Source of the DNA: Camelus ferus
Lineage: Eukaryota
Reading direction: 5' to 3'
Length of the DNA: 64,000 nucleotides
Assembly (NCBI RefSeq): GCF_009834535.1
Contig: NC_045697.1
Location: 100,442,001-100,506,000, forward strand
The notes beneath the pieces are model-generated. The model did no database searches. It was not told the origin of the DNA and worked only from the letters and a program-made list of their open reading frames with translations. The stretch's first letter is position 1; each line of letters opens with the position of its first letter. The position numbers were made by a program, and so were the translations under genes. Shown here piece after piece: positions 1 through 12,688 of the stretch.

Positions 1-1561
1 CCCCTGGGAAAATCAAGAGTGTGGGCAGGAGTAGTGAGCTGGTGGGAGATGATTCCAAGCAGGGAGGCAGGAGCCAGAAATGCAGCTTGAATCATCTGAC
101 TGTGAAAAAAGGAAAGATGAGCCCCAGCGCAGCTGTGGCTTGAAGTCTCCGGCGGGATGACATCAGTTGTTGTTTTGGGATGGACTGAAAAGGCAAAAAA
201 AAAAAAAAAAAAGAAAGGCAAAAATAGGCCTCTTTCCCCCTCGCCTCTCTCTGCTGGCCTGAAAAGTTACGGTGTATGAAGTGGGACCCTTTGTAAGTAC
301 TTGTAGGAAGGTCTCACCAACTCCAGGGGATTTAAAAACCAACAAAACACACTCTAAATCCAAGATCTTGGGGGAAGAACATTTTTGCGGGTCCCTGTTT
401 ATGGGATACACGATACCTGGTACCGTGTGGCCAATTTAACCTGGCCGGATACTTCCTATGTGTGACTCACTTACGTGCATTTTAAGTTTAATCACATGAC
501 TTGCCCTCAGAATTAAGCCCCAACCCTTCATGCTCATTGTCTACCAGCATCCTTCTCATTCTTTTAGCAGTACTTCTCCAACCCTGCACAGAAAGAGATG
601 GCCACATGGTCGAATCTTCCCGCAATTCTTTCATAGAAATTTTCTCTGGTAGCCGCTTAGTTCCTCTGACAACTGGCCATGGTTGTCTCAACTCTAAGCC
701 TTTGCTCCTGAGTGTGTTTTCATCTGGGTTTCCAGTTGTCCCTCGGGATTCTGCCACATTGAGCTGGGCTTCTTACCGTTTGGGTCGAGTCACCCTTCCC
801 TAGTCTTCCTCAGCCCTACCCCGCTCACACGAGTGACCCCTTCTCTGTACTGTAGCCTCCACACCGCCCTCCGACCACTGTCTCTGCCCTCCTCTGGTGC
901 TGCGCATTTTCTCCAGGCCATTCTGGTCTCCTTGGCTGCAGATTCCATTGTATCCATCACAGAGTTTTATTTGTTTTTATGGAATTTTTATGTGCTGTGT
1001 GGCAACATCTGTGATGTTTTATGGGTGAGTGTGTGTGTGTGTATTCACATGCTAGAATAGGAAAGACATTTCCTTTTTGTCTTTTTCTCATTCCAAAGCA
1101 ATATGCTTTATTCACTCTTGCCCCTACTCTTGGCAGAAACATCAGTGAACCACCACGAGTAACCCCATTGCCCTATCAGGGGCTGTCGTGGACCGACCCC
1201 CTCCGGTCTTGCACCATCCTCTGTGCTGCTCCTCTGCTTGCATAACCCCAGCTGGGACTTGGGGTGGACACAGCTGGCTCAGTGATTGCATGGGGTCGGC
1301 AGAATGGGCTGCGTACCCCATCAGTGTCGAGCACTCAAGATGGGCTGGGGCGGAGGAAGAATTTCCGGTTAGGAAAACATGAGCTGATAATTCACCATTC
1401 TTCTATGTGTAATGAGGTCAAATCCATGTAAATGTCATGTCATCCAGTTTATGGGATTGTATTCATTTGTTCATTCATTCGCTCAGTTCTTCATTCATTA
1501 ACTCATCTGTCATATACTGGGATCTTGTCTGTGTGAATACATTCAGGAGGGAGGTGTAGAA

Positions 1562-2070
1562 ATTATCTGTTGCCATCACAATGCTGCACTGCAACTAACC
1601 AGAAAACCTAGTAGCGTACAACCACAACCATATAAGCTTTTATTTAATGCATGAGTCTGTGAGCCAGAGGGGTGGGTTTTCTTGTCTGAGCCAGGCTTGA
1701 CTGGTCTCAGTGGAGCTCACTCATTTATCTGTCATTAGCTGGTGGTTCAACAGGGGACCAGATGGTCTAGGATGGCCTTGGCCAAGACAGGTGAGATAGC
1801 TTGGATTTCGTTCATATGGTCTCTCCTCCTTCAGCAGGCTTACCTGGCCTTGACCACATGATGGTGAGGACCCAAGACAATGATGGGAATGGACAAGACC
1901 TCTTGAGTCACGGCCTCAGAAATGGCACAAAGCCCCTTCTGTCCTACTCAATTGGCCAAAAGAGTCTAAAGGAGAGCTCAGGTTCAAGGTAGCCATGGAA
2001 TAGATGGGGAATAAACTCCTTAAGGGAGGAACTGCAAAGTCACATTCAAAGCACATGGATTCAGGAAGGC
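1562..2070 (-). mobile_element. MaLR solo LTR, MLT1 family (MLT1F/G/H-like), old
   Basis: Reverse-orientation MLT1 hallmarks: 'ttatctgttgc...catgagtctgtg...gctcactcat...ggtctaggatggcct...cagcaggct...attggccaaaag...actgcaaagtcacatt'. Subfamily from recall. Confidence 0.7.
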
Positions 2071-3431
2071 CACGCGGGGCACCCATGCACCTAGTAGGGG
2101 ACAGTGGGAGCCAAGACTTTGCATTACCTTATATATCTGCCTTTCCTCATCTATCACATATGCAAGTTGTTTGCAAAGTTGAACTATGTCTCGTGGTGAA
2201 GTTGTGAACTTGCCTTTTTTTCAGAATCTAAATGTAGAGATGAATGTATCCAACACCTTTTGTCCATTTCCTTTTGTATAACCCTCATGCCAAGTTCAGG
2301 GTTTTTTTATTTTTAAGTACAAGGAGATAGACAGGTAAACCCCAAGTTTAGAATATAGTGCAACAAAGTCTACAAAATGAGAAGGAGGAAGAAGGATGTA
2401 GGAAAGAGGCCAATAAACAATTCCCGCGCTTCGTTTCTTCCCCTTTCCCACCAGTGCACACAAAGACACTCGTTGTGGAGATCTCAGTCATGTTCAAGAT
2501 TTGCCTGGGTGGCTACTCCTGAGATGCGGGTCTGAGCAGTTGGAAGTCAGGTCCTGTCTGCAGAGGTGATGTGAATGCATGTATTCTTTCTCCGGTAAAG
2601 AAGATGCTTTGGAAACTCAGCTCTTATTGAAAACATCAAATGCTTCTCTGGGTCTTCAGGGAAGACTCTTCTGAGTTACTTTTTGTTTTGAAGTCAGTAA
2701 CGGGCACTGAGCTTCACTTCAGTTTCTCGTTCTGCATTTGTCACTTGGTCTTATTAGATTTCTGGACCTCACTTGTCTGTCTGATTTAGACTCCTGTCAA
2801 CTCCCAAGGCAGAGATGGCTGCCTGCTGTATTTTACAGAACTTAGTAAATCCTAGCTGTGGGTTTATGTCCATGAATCTTACACTTTCTCATCCTGCAAC
2901 TCAGAACTTTCAGCATCATACCAATCACCTCTCAAAAAAGTCAATTGCTGCTTACCTTTGGGTGTTGTCACAGGAAAAGAACCAATTAGAACTTCTCAAT
3001 GGCAGTTCCCTTGGTCTCTGATTTTCCTTAGCATGGAAAATGAAGATGAGAAGGGAAAGGACTGCATGGTTGAAGGGACTAGCTAACCCTGAAGAAGTGT
3101 TCTAAACTCTTGAGTCACAATCTGCTTGTCCCTTTTTGAACTCCCAACAGGATCCTATTTTCAGGAGAAATAACTAAAATTGAAAAGGATTAGAACTTTC
3201 TAGCTGTAAGGGTCTCAAATTACTGGAATGGCATTGCAGCAGCATTTTCTTTATAAATATTTAAGAATAAGGTAGACAAACTCATGTTTGCTGAACTGGA
3301 TGGGTTCTGTGATGCTGCTTACCAGAAAACGTTTTTTTGAGATGATCAGTTTTTCTTACTTCTTTGCCTTTGACACATTCATTTTGGTTTAAGTCCACTT
3401 GCTTAACAAAGAGTGTACGTGAATTTGTGTA

Positions 3432-3732
3432 TGGTTGGCCCGCCATATCTATGGTTCTGCATCCGTGGATTCGACCAAGCATGGGTCAAAAATGTTAAAA
3501 AAAATTCCAGAAATTTCCAAAAAAAAAAAAAAGTTGAATCTGCTGCACACTGGCACCTATTTTTATACACTGTATTAGACTTAATCCAGAGATGATTAAA
3601 GTATATGGGAGGATGTGCATCGGTTATGTGCAAACACTCTGATGTTTTATGTAAGTACTTGAGCATCTGTGGATTTTGGTAACCGCAGGGGGTCCTGTAA
3701 AATAATGCCCCCTGGATACTGAAGAGCGACTG
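3432..3732 (-). mobile_element. MER2/MER2B (TcMar-Tigger non-autonomous DNA transposon)
   Basis: TA dinucleotides at 3430-3431 and 3733-3734. Degenerate terminal repeats 'tggttggcccgccatatct' / 'ggatactgaagagcgactg'. Internal 'ggaggatgtgcatcggttatgtgcaaacact' matches recalled MER2. Confidence 0.88.
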
Positions 3733-3799
3733 TACATACATACATGTGACATTCAGATTAAGAAATAAAGCCAAAGTATATTCTGAAAACCCCTGGTTC

Positions 3800-3875
3800 A
3801 AACCCTTTATTTTACAAGCAAATAAACAGAATCAGACTGGGGAAAAAACATCTTGCACAACACCTAGCTAGTTGT
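3800..3875 (-). mobile_element. MIR SINE fragment
   Basis: Degenerate reverse MIR core 'ctttattttacaagcaaataaacagaatcaga...cttgcacaacacctagctagtt'. Confidence 0.45.
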
Positions 3876-4144
3876 GAGGGGTGTCCTGGCCCTCAGTGCA
3901 CTCATATGGCACAAATTGTAGAGACACGCTCTTATGCATGGAATGGCTGAGAAGTGGCGGAGGCATTATCCAGAAACTTGTACTCTAGTTTGTTGGAAGT
4001 AATGCCAAGTGCAGCTACCTGCAGACAGACTTGACATAGAGGCACAGCCAGCTGAAGGAGGAGGTACGGCATGTCCTGTCTACGTGACATAATTTAGACT
4101 CTAAGTGTCTCTTTCCAGTCCAAATATATTCCCATTATTACTGG

Positions 4145-4250
4145 AGCCATCATGCTTCCCAGTTTTCTGAGATAATCCTATTTTATCCCTATTATCTTGG
4201 CATGATTCACTTTCACTTTAAAAAGTGTCCCTGTTTAGACAATACATTCC
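4145..4250 (-). mobile_element. MER94-like hAT-Blackjack MITE
   Basis: 'cccagttttctgagataatcctattttatccctattatcttggcatgatt...tttcactttaaaaagtgtccctgtttagacaata' resembles reverse MER94 with CpG decay. Confidence 0.6.
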
Positions 4251-4274
4251 CAACATAGTGGGGAATGACACCAT

Positions 4275-4574
4275 TTCTTTTTTTTTATAGTAGTTTTTTT
4301 CTTTTAAAATTTTTATTTATTTTTAGTTGAAATATAAATTAATTGAAATGTTGATTTACAATGTTGTGTTAGTTTCAGGTGTACAGCGTACTGATCCAGT
4401 TATACGTACATATCTATGATTTTTCAGATTCTTTTCCATTATAGGTCACTACAAGGCACTGAATAAGGTTCCCTGTGCTCTACAGTAGGTCCTTGTTGTT
4501 CATCTGTTTTATATATAGTAGTGTGTGTCTGCTAATCCCAAACTCCTAATTTATCCCTTTCCCTTTTTCCCCTT
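4275..4574 (-). mobile_element. L1 3' end (cetartiodactyl-type 3' UTR), 5'-truncated
   Basis: T-rich tail, then 'gttgatttacaatgttgtgttagtttcaggtgtacagc...ccctgtgctctacagtagg...ctgctaatcccaaactcctaatttatccct'. Confidence 0.9.
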
Positions 4575-5019
4575 AAAACCCTTATGTTTATTGAAAGCAA
4601 TTAGCAATACAGGGCTTAATGAGTGTGAGGGAGATAATGAGAGACAGTCTTTCAGAGAAAAATCACAAGGCCACCAAAGACAAACTCCTGCCACCTTCCA
4701 CTGGTGCCAGTGCCAATTCCAGTGTGAAGACTGGTCACCTGGCAGGTGGTGAGGGGCCAATAGAATGTTTATTGCTCAACTGCTTTAGTAGACAGTTGCG
4801 TCCTCATTCTGTAAGGGAAAAAGCCAATACAAGCTTAAAAGTACCACAGAGCCTCAGGAATATTTTTTTTCTTGTAAAAAATTTCCTTAATGCTTTAATT
4901 GTTACTTAATAATCACCCTTTGAAAAAAATCATATATATATATATATTCAAAATTAAAACCACATTAAAAAGCAAAAAAAAAAAAAAAAAAACCCCAAAA
5001 CCCCCCACATTTTGAACAA

Positions 5020-5106
5020 ATCAGAACTAGACTCAGATATGGCAATGGTGTTGAAATTACCACTGGGAATTTAAGATAACTGTAATTAATATGCTAAGGG
5101 CTTTAA
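5020..5106 (+). mobile_element. Old L1M fragment (region near ORF1 start)
   Basis: 'gaactagactcagatatggcaatggtgttgaaattac...gaatttaagataactgtaattaatatgctaagggct' is typical of L1MC/MD 5' region. Confidence 0.6.
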
Positions 5107-5124
5107 CAAATAAAGTAGAATGCA

Positions 5125-5387
5125 AGAAGGAAGACAAACACTAACTTGAAAGATATCTGTTCCCCCATGTTCATCGCAGCATTATTATAATTGCCAAGAC
5201 ATGGAAACAACCTCAGTGTCCATTGATGGATGAATGGGTAAAGAAGTTGTGGTACATATGTACAGTGGAATATTATCAGCCATAAAAAATGAGGACATCC
5301 TACCATGTGCAACAACATGAATGAACCAAGAGGGCATTATGCTCAGTCGGACAGAGACAGACAGATACTATCTGATCTCACTTATGT
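5125..5387 (+). mobile_element. L1 fragment (end of ORF2 / start of 3' UTR)
   Basis: 'ccatgttcatcgcagcattat...atggaaacaacctcagtgtccattgatggatgaatgggtaaagaag...cagccataaaaaat' is the classic L1 ORF2 C-terminal segment. Confidence 0.9.
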
Positions 5388-7614
5388 TTGTTGTTTTTTT
5401 AGATTCCACATATGAGTGAGGATGGAGAGTTCCGTGAATAATATTCTGGACTGTTCCCGTAACTCTACAACTAATATATGAAATTGAATCTAATATTTTA
5501 TTGCTCTGGAAAAGAAAAACTTCTAATTAAAGATTCTTACCCAACTCTGAGACTGTTGGTGTATAGAATCCTATCACCTCCTAGAGGAAAGTCTCTAAAA
5601 CATGTATTTTAAATCTTCTTATGCCTGCAACATGCAAAAACATTTTTACACGTTGAGGGCCATCTCCATCTTGGACTTGCAGGGATGAGGCAACAAAGCA
5701 CCGGCCAATATTCACAACATATTTAAACTTGCTGTGAAATTCTAAGTAACTGGGATCCTCAGTTATTGAGTTTCAGGTCTTTCCAACAATGCATGATGAA
5801 GCCAGTCTTAAGTTTTTCATTCACCTATTTATTTGACAATTTGCGCATGACATAGAAGCCTCCATGTTAATTTTTTTCACTACTTACCGTAACACTTGTA
5901 CATGGATTTACTTTAGTTAGTACATGTATCAAGTTATTTCTAACAAAAATCTGCATGGTTCAAGAAAGCCAATAACTTTAACATAGCCAGAAAATGTTAC
6001 TGCCTAAAATGTTTAAAAAAAAAAAAGTTTTAAATATAAATCTACCATTACTTCTTCCAAAAAAAGAGAAAACTTTAAATATTATTTTATCTTAACACAT
6101 TAGTTGAGTTTTGTTGTTGTTCTGTTTTGGTTTGTTTGTGTGTTTAATTAGAAGTTTTTCTTTTCCAGAGCAAAAAGATATTAGATTCAATTTCATATAT
6201 TAGTTGTAGAGTTACAGGAACAGTCTGGAACATTATTCAGGGAAATCTCCACCCTCATTTATACATAGCCCCAGAGATAAAATCTTCTTGTTATAAACTC
6301 AGACTTAACTCCCTTGACTTCAGTTAAGAGTTGATAAGATTGTTAACTTCAGTGTGACAGGCCAGGCCCAGTTTGATTTACTCTGTGACTCAGGTTGCTA
6401 GCATAGAGGAAAGTTGATTTGACTCGTTTTGGTTGCCTCCTGAGAAGGTTTTCCTGACTTCACTCCTAGCCAAGCATCTGAGCCACTTTCTTTCCCTGGT
6501 TGTTTTCAAGCATGCTACACTGACAGCATTATCAGTACATCTTTTCCCTCTTTTCCAGGGCCACTGCTATTTCATTCCACCACTATATGAAAGCATCAAG
6601 TCACATGAGGGTTTTCCCCCATTTCCCCTGGCCTTTTTCCTCAGCACTGGATCTTCTGGGACTTTACCAAGACTATGATGACGCTGCCATTTGCATGTGG
6701 ATGGTATGACCATGCTGTAACTAACTTTGCTAAGCTCTAATTAACTTCTCCCCCTTCTTTTCTGATCTCAAAAGCAACCTAGACTTGAAAAAAAAAAAAA
6801 ACCCCTAAAACACTATGAAATATGGGATGTAAAAATGGAAAGTCATCCACTATTCTAAGCCCTGGGAAGTTTTATGTAAATTATTATAGAATATTTTCCT
6901 ACAAAAATACTTTAAAAGGGATTCTACTATATATATATATACTTTTTACTACTTGAATTGTCCATTGTGCCCATTGTGGTCCTATAGAATACATACAAAG
7001 TTATAAAATTTGTTACTCCCTGAGAGGGTGTAGGTTTGTTTAATAATTCTTCACTGTGGTTCATTTGGATTGCTCTTTCCCTTTCCAAATATGTTCACTA
7101 ATTTTCTGTTACAAGAGGACACCTAGTTTCAGGAGGGAGATTTCTTCATTGAATTCTGTATTAAGACATAGTGTTAAAAAAAATACATGCACACACACAA
7201 ACACATGCTCTATATTAAAATACTTAATAATTGGTTCAACATAAGTATTGACGAATCAAAACAGATGTCAGCCCTAAGAAATCTCTTTTCGACAGAAATT
7301 TCCACTAAGATATATTAACTCATGCACAAACATAAGAGAGACAAACTTTTTATACAACAAGCACAACTTATATGAAAGGTAACTACCCAAAGGTAATATA
7401 TGACATAATTGGCTTTCTCAACTTTTTCCATTACACTTTCTCCTAATGCTCATCCTTCTCTTTGAATAAACCTTGGCTGTATATGTAAGTTTTATATTTA
7501 GCTTCAGCTTCATGCTTACTCTGGTTTCCAGACCAAAACTCTTTAAATACTAGTCAACTGATTTCTTCTGTTTGAGAACTTTGTTATTTTGGGCAGTGGT
7601 TCTCAGGAGCTTGA

Positions 7615-7845
7615 TGTGGAAACAGGGTCACTGCAGACGTAATTTGTTAAGATGAGGTCATTAAGTTGGGCCCTATTCCAACATGACTGGCATCCTTAGA
7701 AAAAGGGAAAATTTCCACACAGACACACACACAGGAAGGACACCATGTGAAAATGAAGGCAGAATTCAGGGTGATTTTTGGACAAGTCAAGGAATGCTAA
7801 ATGGTTGCCAGTAATCCACTAGAAGTTTTGGTACTTTGTTGCTGT
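7615..7845 (+). mobile_element. MaLR LTR fragment, MLT1B/C-like
   Basis: 'ggaaacagggtcactgcagacgtaatttgttaagatgaggtcat...ggccctattccaacatgactggcatcctta...ccatgtgaaaatgaaggcaga'. Confidence 0.8.
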
Positions 7846-7890
7846 TTCCTGCTTGGTTAGGTTCCATTTAAAGAGGGTTACAACATAGTA

Positions 7891-8010
7891 GGGAGGGTAT
7901 AGCTCAGTGGTAGAGCATCTGCTTAGTATGCACGAGGTCCTGGGTTCAATCCTCAGGATCTCCATTCAAATAAATAAGTAAGCCTAAGTACCTACTCCTC
8001 CTTCTAAAAG
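7891..8010 (+). mobile_element. tRNA-derived SINE, Vic-1 type (camelid)
   Basis: Head 'gggagggtatagctcagtggtagagc' (A box) ... 'gggttcaatcc' (B box), then AT-rich tail. 'agagggttac' recurs at 7872-7881 and 8011-8020 (partial TSD). Confidence 0.88.
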
Positions 8011-10353
8011 AGAGGGTTACCTAAGATACATGTTAAAGATGGAAGCTGAGAGAAATAAAGATAGAACTTTAACTCATTATTTTTCTCATAAAGCTCCTTC
8101 GTCTCTCTTTATCTTCTAAGTTATTGTGTTAGGAGTTGTTTTCTCTCAATACTGTCTTAAACTTTCTCATCTTCCATTTTTACCCATCAGTGTCTGCTCC
8201 CCAGGAGGTCATTTCAGCATCTGCTACTCAGATGCAACAAATCATTTTCCTCTTTTCAACTGAAGGAACCTCATTGTTTTTGGCATGACGTATTTTTTTA
8301 GCTCACACACCCCTGACAATTTTTTTGGAACCACTGCATGGCATGATTGTGACTCCTCTTCATTTGCAGCCATCATCCTGCCCACTTGCTTCCATTTATC
8401 ATTTATTTCAAATCCTGTCCTTTTTAATCCATGTAAGCAGAGTTTGATTTTCCCAAAAAGTCTAACTTAAAACATATTCTCCAACCTCCTGCTTACAACA
8501 TTTCATATAAACATTATTGTGTTATTCTGAACTTTCTTTTCCCCCAGACATATAATTCCAAACATTTACTCTGAAAACCACTTTTAACTCATTTTTGTAT
8601 TATATAAACACACACACATATAAAATATACATATTATATAATGCATATACTATTTAACGTGTATATAATGTGTAATATTGCATGTATACACAAAATATAA
8701 TGAAATATATATATTAATATTTGGACAAACAAGATTATTTCAACATTAAAGGAGATTAGGATATTTCCTATTTCCTTTTTCTGCCATTTTATAAAAAAAG
8801 AAACTAAACCAGAATGTAGCATTTGTGAGATAGTTTTGTGTATATGTGAGGTGCAGGAGGAGGAGAAAAGGAAAAAAGATGGGGGTTTAAGATAAGTGTT
8901 GAGGAAGGGAGAGCAGGAAGTCAACTCAATGGCTGAGAAAAGGTCACCTAGGAGGAACTGAAAGCATCAGAGTCTGAACTCCCATCTCCTGTCATCAAGT
9001 CCTGTTTTTTTCCCACTACACTACAGCTCTGGAAATTCCTATCTACAGTAAGGGGAATTACTGAGGGAAGACTTGAATTTTCCCCAGCAACGAGAAATGT
9101 TAACAGTTCACAGGAGTAGTGGACCCGTTCTTTTTTCTGGATTGATACGGTTGCATGTGGCCAGCACACGGCTCAGAGCTAGACATGTCAAATCTGTTTT
9201 GTTTCTGATGCTTCAAGGAATCTGCTTTAATAGTAAAGAAGGTCCCTTTGTTTTTGCTTAAAGGATGAACCCAGACAGAAAGATTTGCAGAATTTTGCAG
9301 GGATTTGTGGAGTCTTTTGGAATATATTGTATCCATAACAATGCCAACCCAGAAATGGGCATTGCTTGACTCCATTTTGTTTGGAAAATTAGAATTTTGT
9401 CTCTGTAGAAAATACATACGAATCAAGTATAAGTGCTAATGATTGAGAAGAAATGATGAACCTATAGTTTAGACTCAAACATTTTGGAAGCTTTTGTTTT
9501 TACAGAAATCCAATTTTGAAAATCAAAAGTAAAATTAAGCTAATCAGCATTTTAAAATCTGATTGAAACAGAAGTTTCACTCTCTTAAGAGAGATATAAC
9601 TGCAGACATTCCAGCTGTATGCTAATAATCAAACATTATCAAAAAAACTTCTTGAAAGAACTCTACTTAGCCATGCTGTTCTCATTACTTTCAAGTTATT
9701 TTCTAAAAAAGAGAGTAATAAAATCATACACCTTCAAGTATTTCAAATTCAACTGTCCTTCCCTGATTGGTAGACACCAGAAAGTTTTACATTATCAATT
9801 AAAACATAATAGGCATCTATTCCTATATATATATATAGAAGTATTCAACTTTTTTTGCATATTTTTTCTAGGAGAGATGTTATAAACAATGGAAGAGAGA
9901 AGATTAAGGCAGATCAATGAATGTAAATGGCTTATTGAGGTTCCATGTCAGGACAACTTATTGAAGACTATTATAACTTTTTCTTTAGTCCAGGAAAACA
10001 CAGAAGTATTTGCGACTTATTTCTGAGAAATGAGTTCAACTTATGATAAGTATGACACAAATACTAGATTTCTAGATACCAGTAGTCTTTGCTTTGTCCA
10101 CAGGTGTGGGGTCATAAAAATGATGATGTATTTTGAAATTGTGCAAAACGATCCTAATGATCAATGGGAAAAATTATGACTGTTCCATGATCTTTAAACA
10201 TTTTTTGTCAAAACATGAAGAACTCCCTTACCATTGCTTATAAATGTATGGGGAAAAGTACGAAAAAAAAAAAAAACCCAGTAATACTAATATTTATTTA
10301 GTACATTGTCATTTAAAACATTACAACATTGAGAAGTAAGAGTTGTATTTCTC

Positions 10354-10541
10354 GGCGGGTAGATATAGCTCAGTGGTAGAGCGTGTGCTTACCATGCATG
10401 AGGTCCTGGGTTCAATCCCCAGCACCTCCACTAACAAACAAATAAATAAATTTGAATGAATGAATAAATAAACCTGATGACCCCTCCCCCCAAAAGGAGA
10501 GAAAAATATTTCTAAAAAGGTACAAAACAAAACAAGCAAAA
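10354..10541 (+). mobile_element. tRNA-derived SINE, Vic-1 type (camelid)
   Basis: A box 'tagctcagtggtaga', B box 'ggttcaatccc', (AAAT)-rich tail. 15-bp TSD aagagttgtatttct (10338-10352) / aagtgttgcatttct (10542-10556). Confidence 0.92.
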
Positions 10542-11962
10542 AAGTGTTGCATTTCTTTGCAAAGGGGTATCTAGAGTAGTTTGAACAATGTTTGCCTTTT
10601 CCTTCTCGTTCTAAAACTCACGTTACGGAGAGAGTATCTTTTCCACGCCTTGGTGACTTGTCATGGTCCTTTCCAAGTGTGTACCAGTTTCCAACATTTG
10701 CTCTTCTGTGTTTTCAGTGTCATAAAATATCCCCTAGAGTACCCATACTGGGAATTTTTCTGCCTGTGTGACTTCTTCTGGGACATCTTTTTGTCACAAC
10801 CACTTTCCTCATTCATGTCAATAAGGTCACCTTTGCTAAGTGCCTTTTGTCGTGTAGCTGGAATCTCTGAAACAGAAGAGGTGTCAACACTCCCGTGTCA
10901 ACATCCCCATCTTCTAATCACATCCAAGTTCACTTTCAGTGTTATCACTTTCTGCACTTTCGTCTGTGGGCCAGTTTCCCCTTTTGCTTGTCCTTTTTTG
11001 TAAAATGGGAGGCAAGGAGATGACACAGCCCTGCGGTTTCCTGCCTTTGCGTGACTGTATAACAGGTATGCAGTAGCCAATCACTGACAGACCTGGCAAA
11101 GAATGAGACTGGTCACTGACCAAGATGCGCATTTATGGAGTTATGTGTAGACTGGAGAGCTAGCACCAGAGTTTTTAATTTATGTAATCATTCACCTTTA
11201 ACACATCATAGCGACTAAAATTTGAACTGAGCTGTTGGAGGACTGGTATTGCTTAACTAAACCATGATCATTAAAATTTGTGCATAGCATAGCTGTGTAA
11301 AGTAAGGACTGCCTGAATTAACCAAGCAGGACAATGACAAATTGTAGAAGGAAATGTACACTTGGTGGGAAAGCACAAATTTTCATAGTATATCAGATAC
11401 ATATATGCAGTATATATAAATATCAGCACAGATTCACATATTAAAAAATAAGGAGGTGGAGTTGATCCTCAGAATTCTATTTCATGTGTTTTGTTTCATT
11501 TTGGGTGTTGGGTGATTATTCAAACTTGAGTCTGAGGCACACACGAATGTGTATGTTCTGTGGATTTTCATTCCCACAGGAACCGGCCAATTCCTTGTGA
11601 TTCAGGCAGAGACCAGTGCTTTACTTGAGATATTCTAAAGCTAGGAGATGCTTTGTAGTGTAAACTGATCAACTGTGGCTCAGTAATTGGCTTCTTCACC
11701 TTGCTGGTACTTTTGTTGGTAAGAACCTTACTCAATTTAGTTATCAACCTAATTTACTCTGTTAACTCCAAAAAAATGTTTATCTGGTGGCAAAACAGAC
11801 TCCTGGCCTTTGCCCTTCCTTATTCTGGTCTTGTTTTCCAACAGAATTTTATTTTATGTGATTCCACTATGGTCTAGTGCACCAAGTCACATTTGGCGGA
11901 GGGATTTTTGGAGCTCTGTGTACTTCTGTGCTTCCGTCGAGAACAGAAGTGCAGAGAAAGGG

Positions 11963-12089
11963 CGTGGAAAGAGCACAGGCTTGGAACCCAGCCCGACTCG
12001 GCTTGGGTGTGGACTCCTGTGGGATTGCCTACAGACTGTGATCTGGGGCAACTTGGGTCCTCTGTCAACTTTAGTTTCCTCAGTCCTAA
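11963..12089 (+). mobile_element. MIR SINE, interrupted by the LTR at 12090
   Basis: 'gtggaaagagcacaggcttggaa...actgtgatctggggcaact...tttagtttcctca' resembles the MIR 5' part and core. Confidence 0.65.
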
Positions 12090-12688
12090 TGTTGGAGGAG
12101 AATAGGTTCTTGCCTCATGTGGAAAGAATTCAAGAGCAAAGCATGATATAGTGAAAGCAAGTTTATTTAGAGAGAGACACACTTCACAGAGAGCAGGATC
12201 TGTCTCACTCAGAAGGGAAAACCGCTTAGGGGTACACACAACATAGACAGAATGTGGCCCATCTCAGAAAGGTGAGAGGAGAGAAGCCGAGAGGTGTGGG
12301 GGAGTTTAGTTTAAAGTAAAAGTAGATAAACATTCCATAGACAGAGTGCGGGCCATCTCAGAAGGTGAGAGAGAGTGACAGAGCAACAGCAACCACGTGG
12401 TGCAGAGCAGTTAGGTTTTATGGGCTTGGTAATTTCATATGCTAATGAGTAGGAGGATTATTCCAACTACTTTGGGGAAGGGGCAGGGATTTCCAGGAAA
12501 TGCCCCCCACCCACTTTTTGACCTTTTATGGTCAGCTGGGGACCTGTCATGGCACCATGGGTGCACCATGAGGCTCAAGGTCTACTGGAAGTTGAATCTT
12601 CTGCCATCTTGGTTCTAACCAGTCCATCCTGTCAACTGCTGTGTCATTCCTTCAATGGTTGTGCTCTGCCCCCTTTCCTCTTACTTCA
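12090..12688 (-). mobile_element. ERV1 solo LTR, MER41-like
   Basis: Begins TG (12090), ends CA (12688), flanked by ctaa/cgaa (4-bp TSD, one mismatch). The minus strand reads 'aataaacttgctttcact...gaattctttcc...caagaacc', resembling the recalled MER41 3' end. Confidence 0.82.

Noticed and set aside
189..224. A18 run between two 'aaaggcaaaaa' copies
   Set aside because: The repeat is mostly A and cannot be distinguished from slippage.
3403..3801. 132-aa minus-strand ORF
   Set aside because: It spans a non-autonomous MER2 element, has a non-ATG start and shows no protein motif.
5701..5730. CCAAT followed by TATTTAAA as a promoter
   Set aside because: The spacing of about 10 bp is non-canonical, and there is no CpG island or downstream exon support.
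7891..7965. tRNA-like sequences here and at 10354 and 28704-28847
   Set aside because: They have AT-rich tails, TSDs and divergent bodies, so they are SINE heads rather than tRNA genes.
10581..11003. 140-aa plus-strand ORF (longest in the window)
   Set aside because: Non-ATG start, F/L/C/S-rich composition typical of T-rich non-coding DNA, and no recognisable domain.
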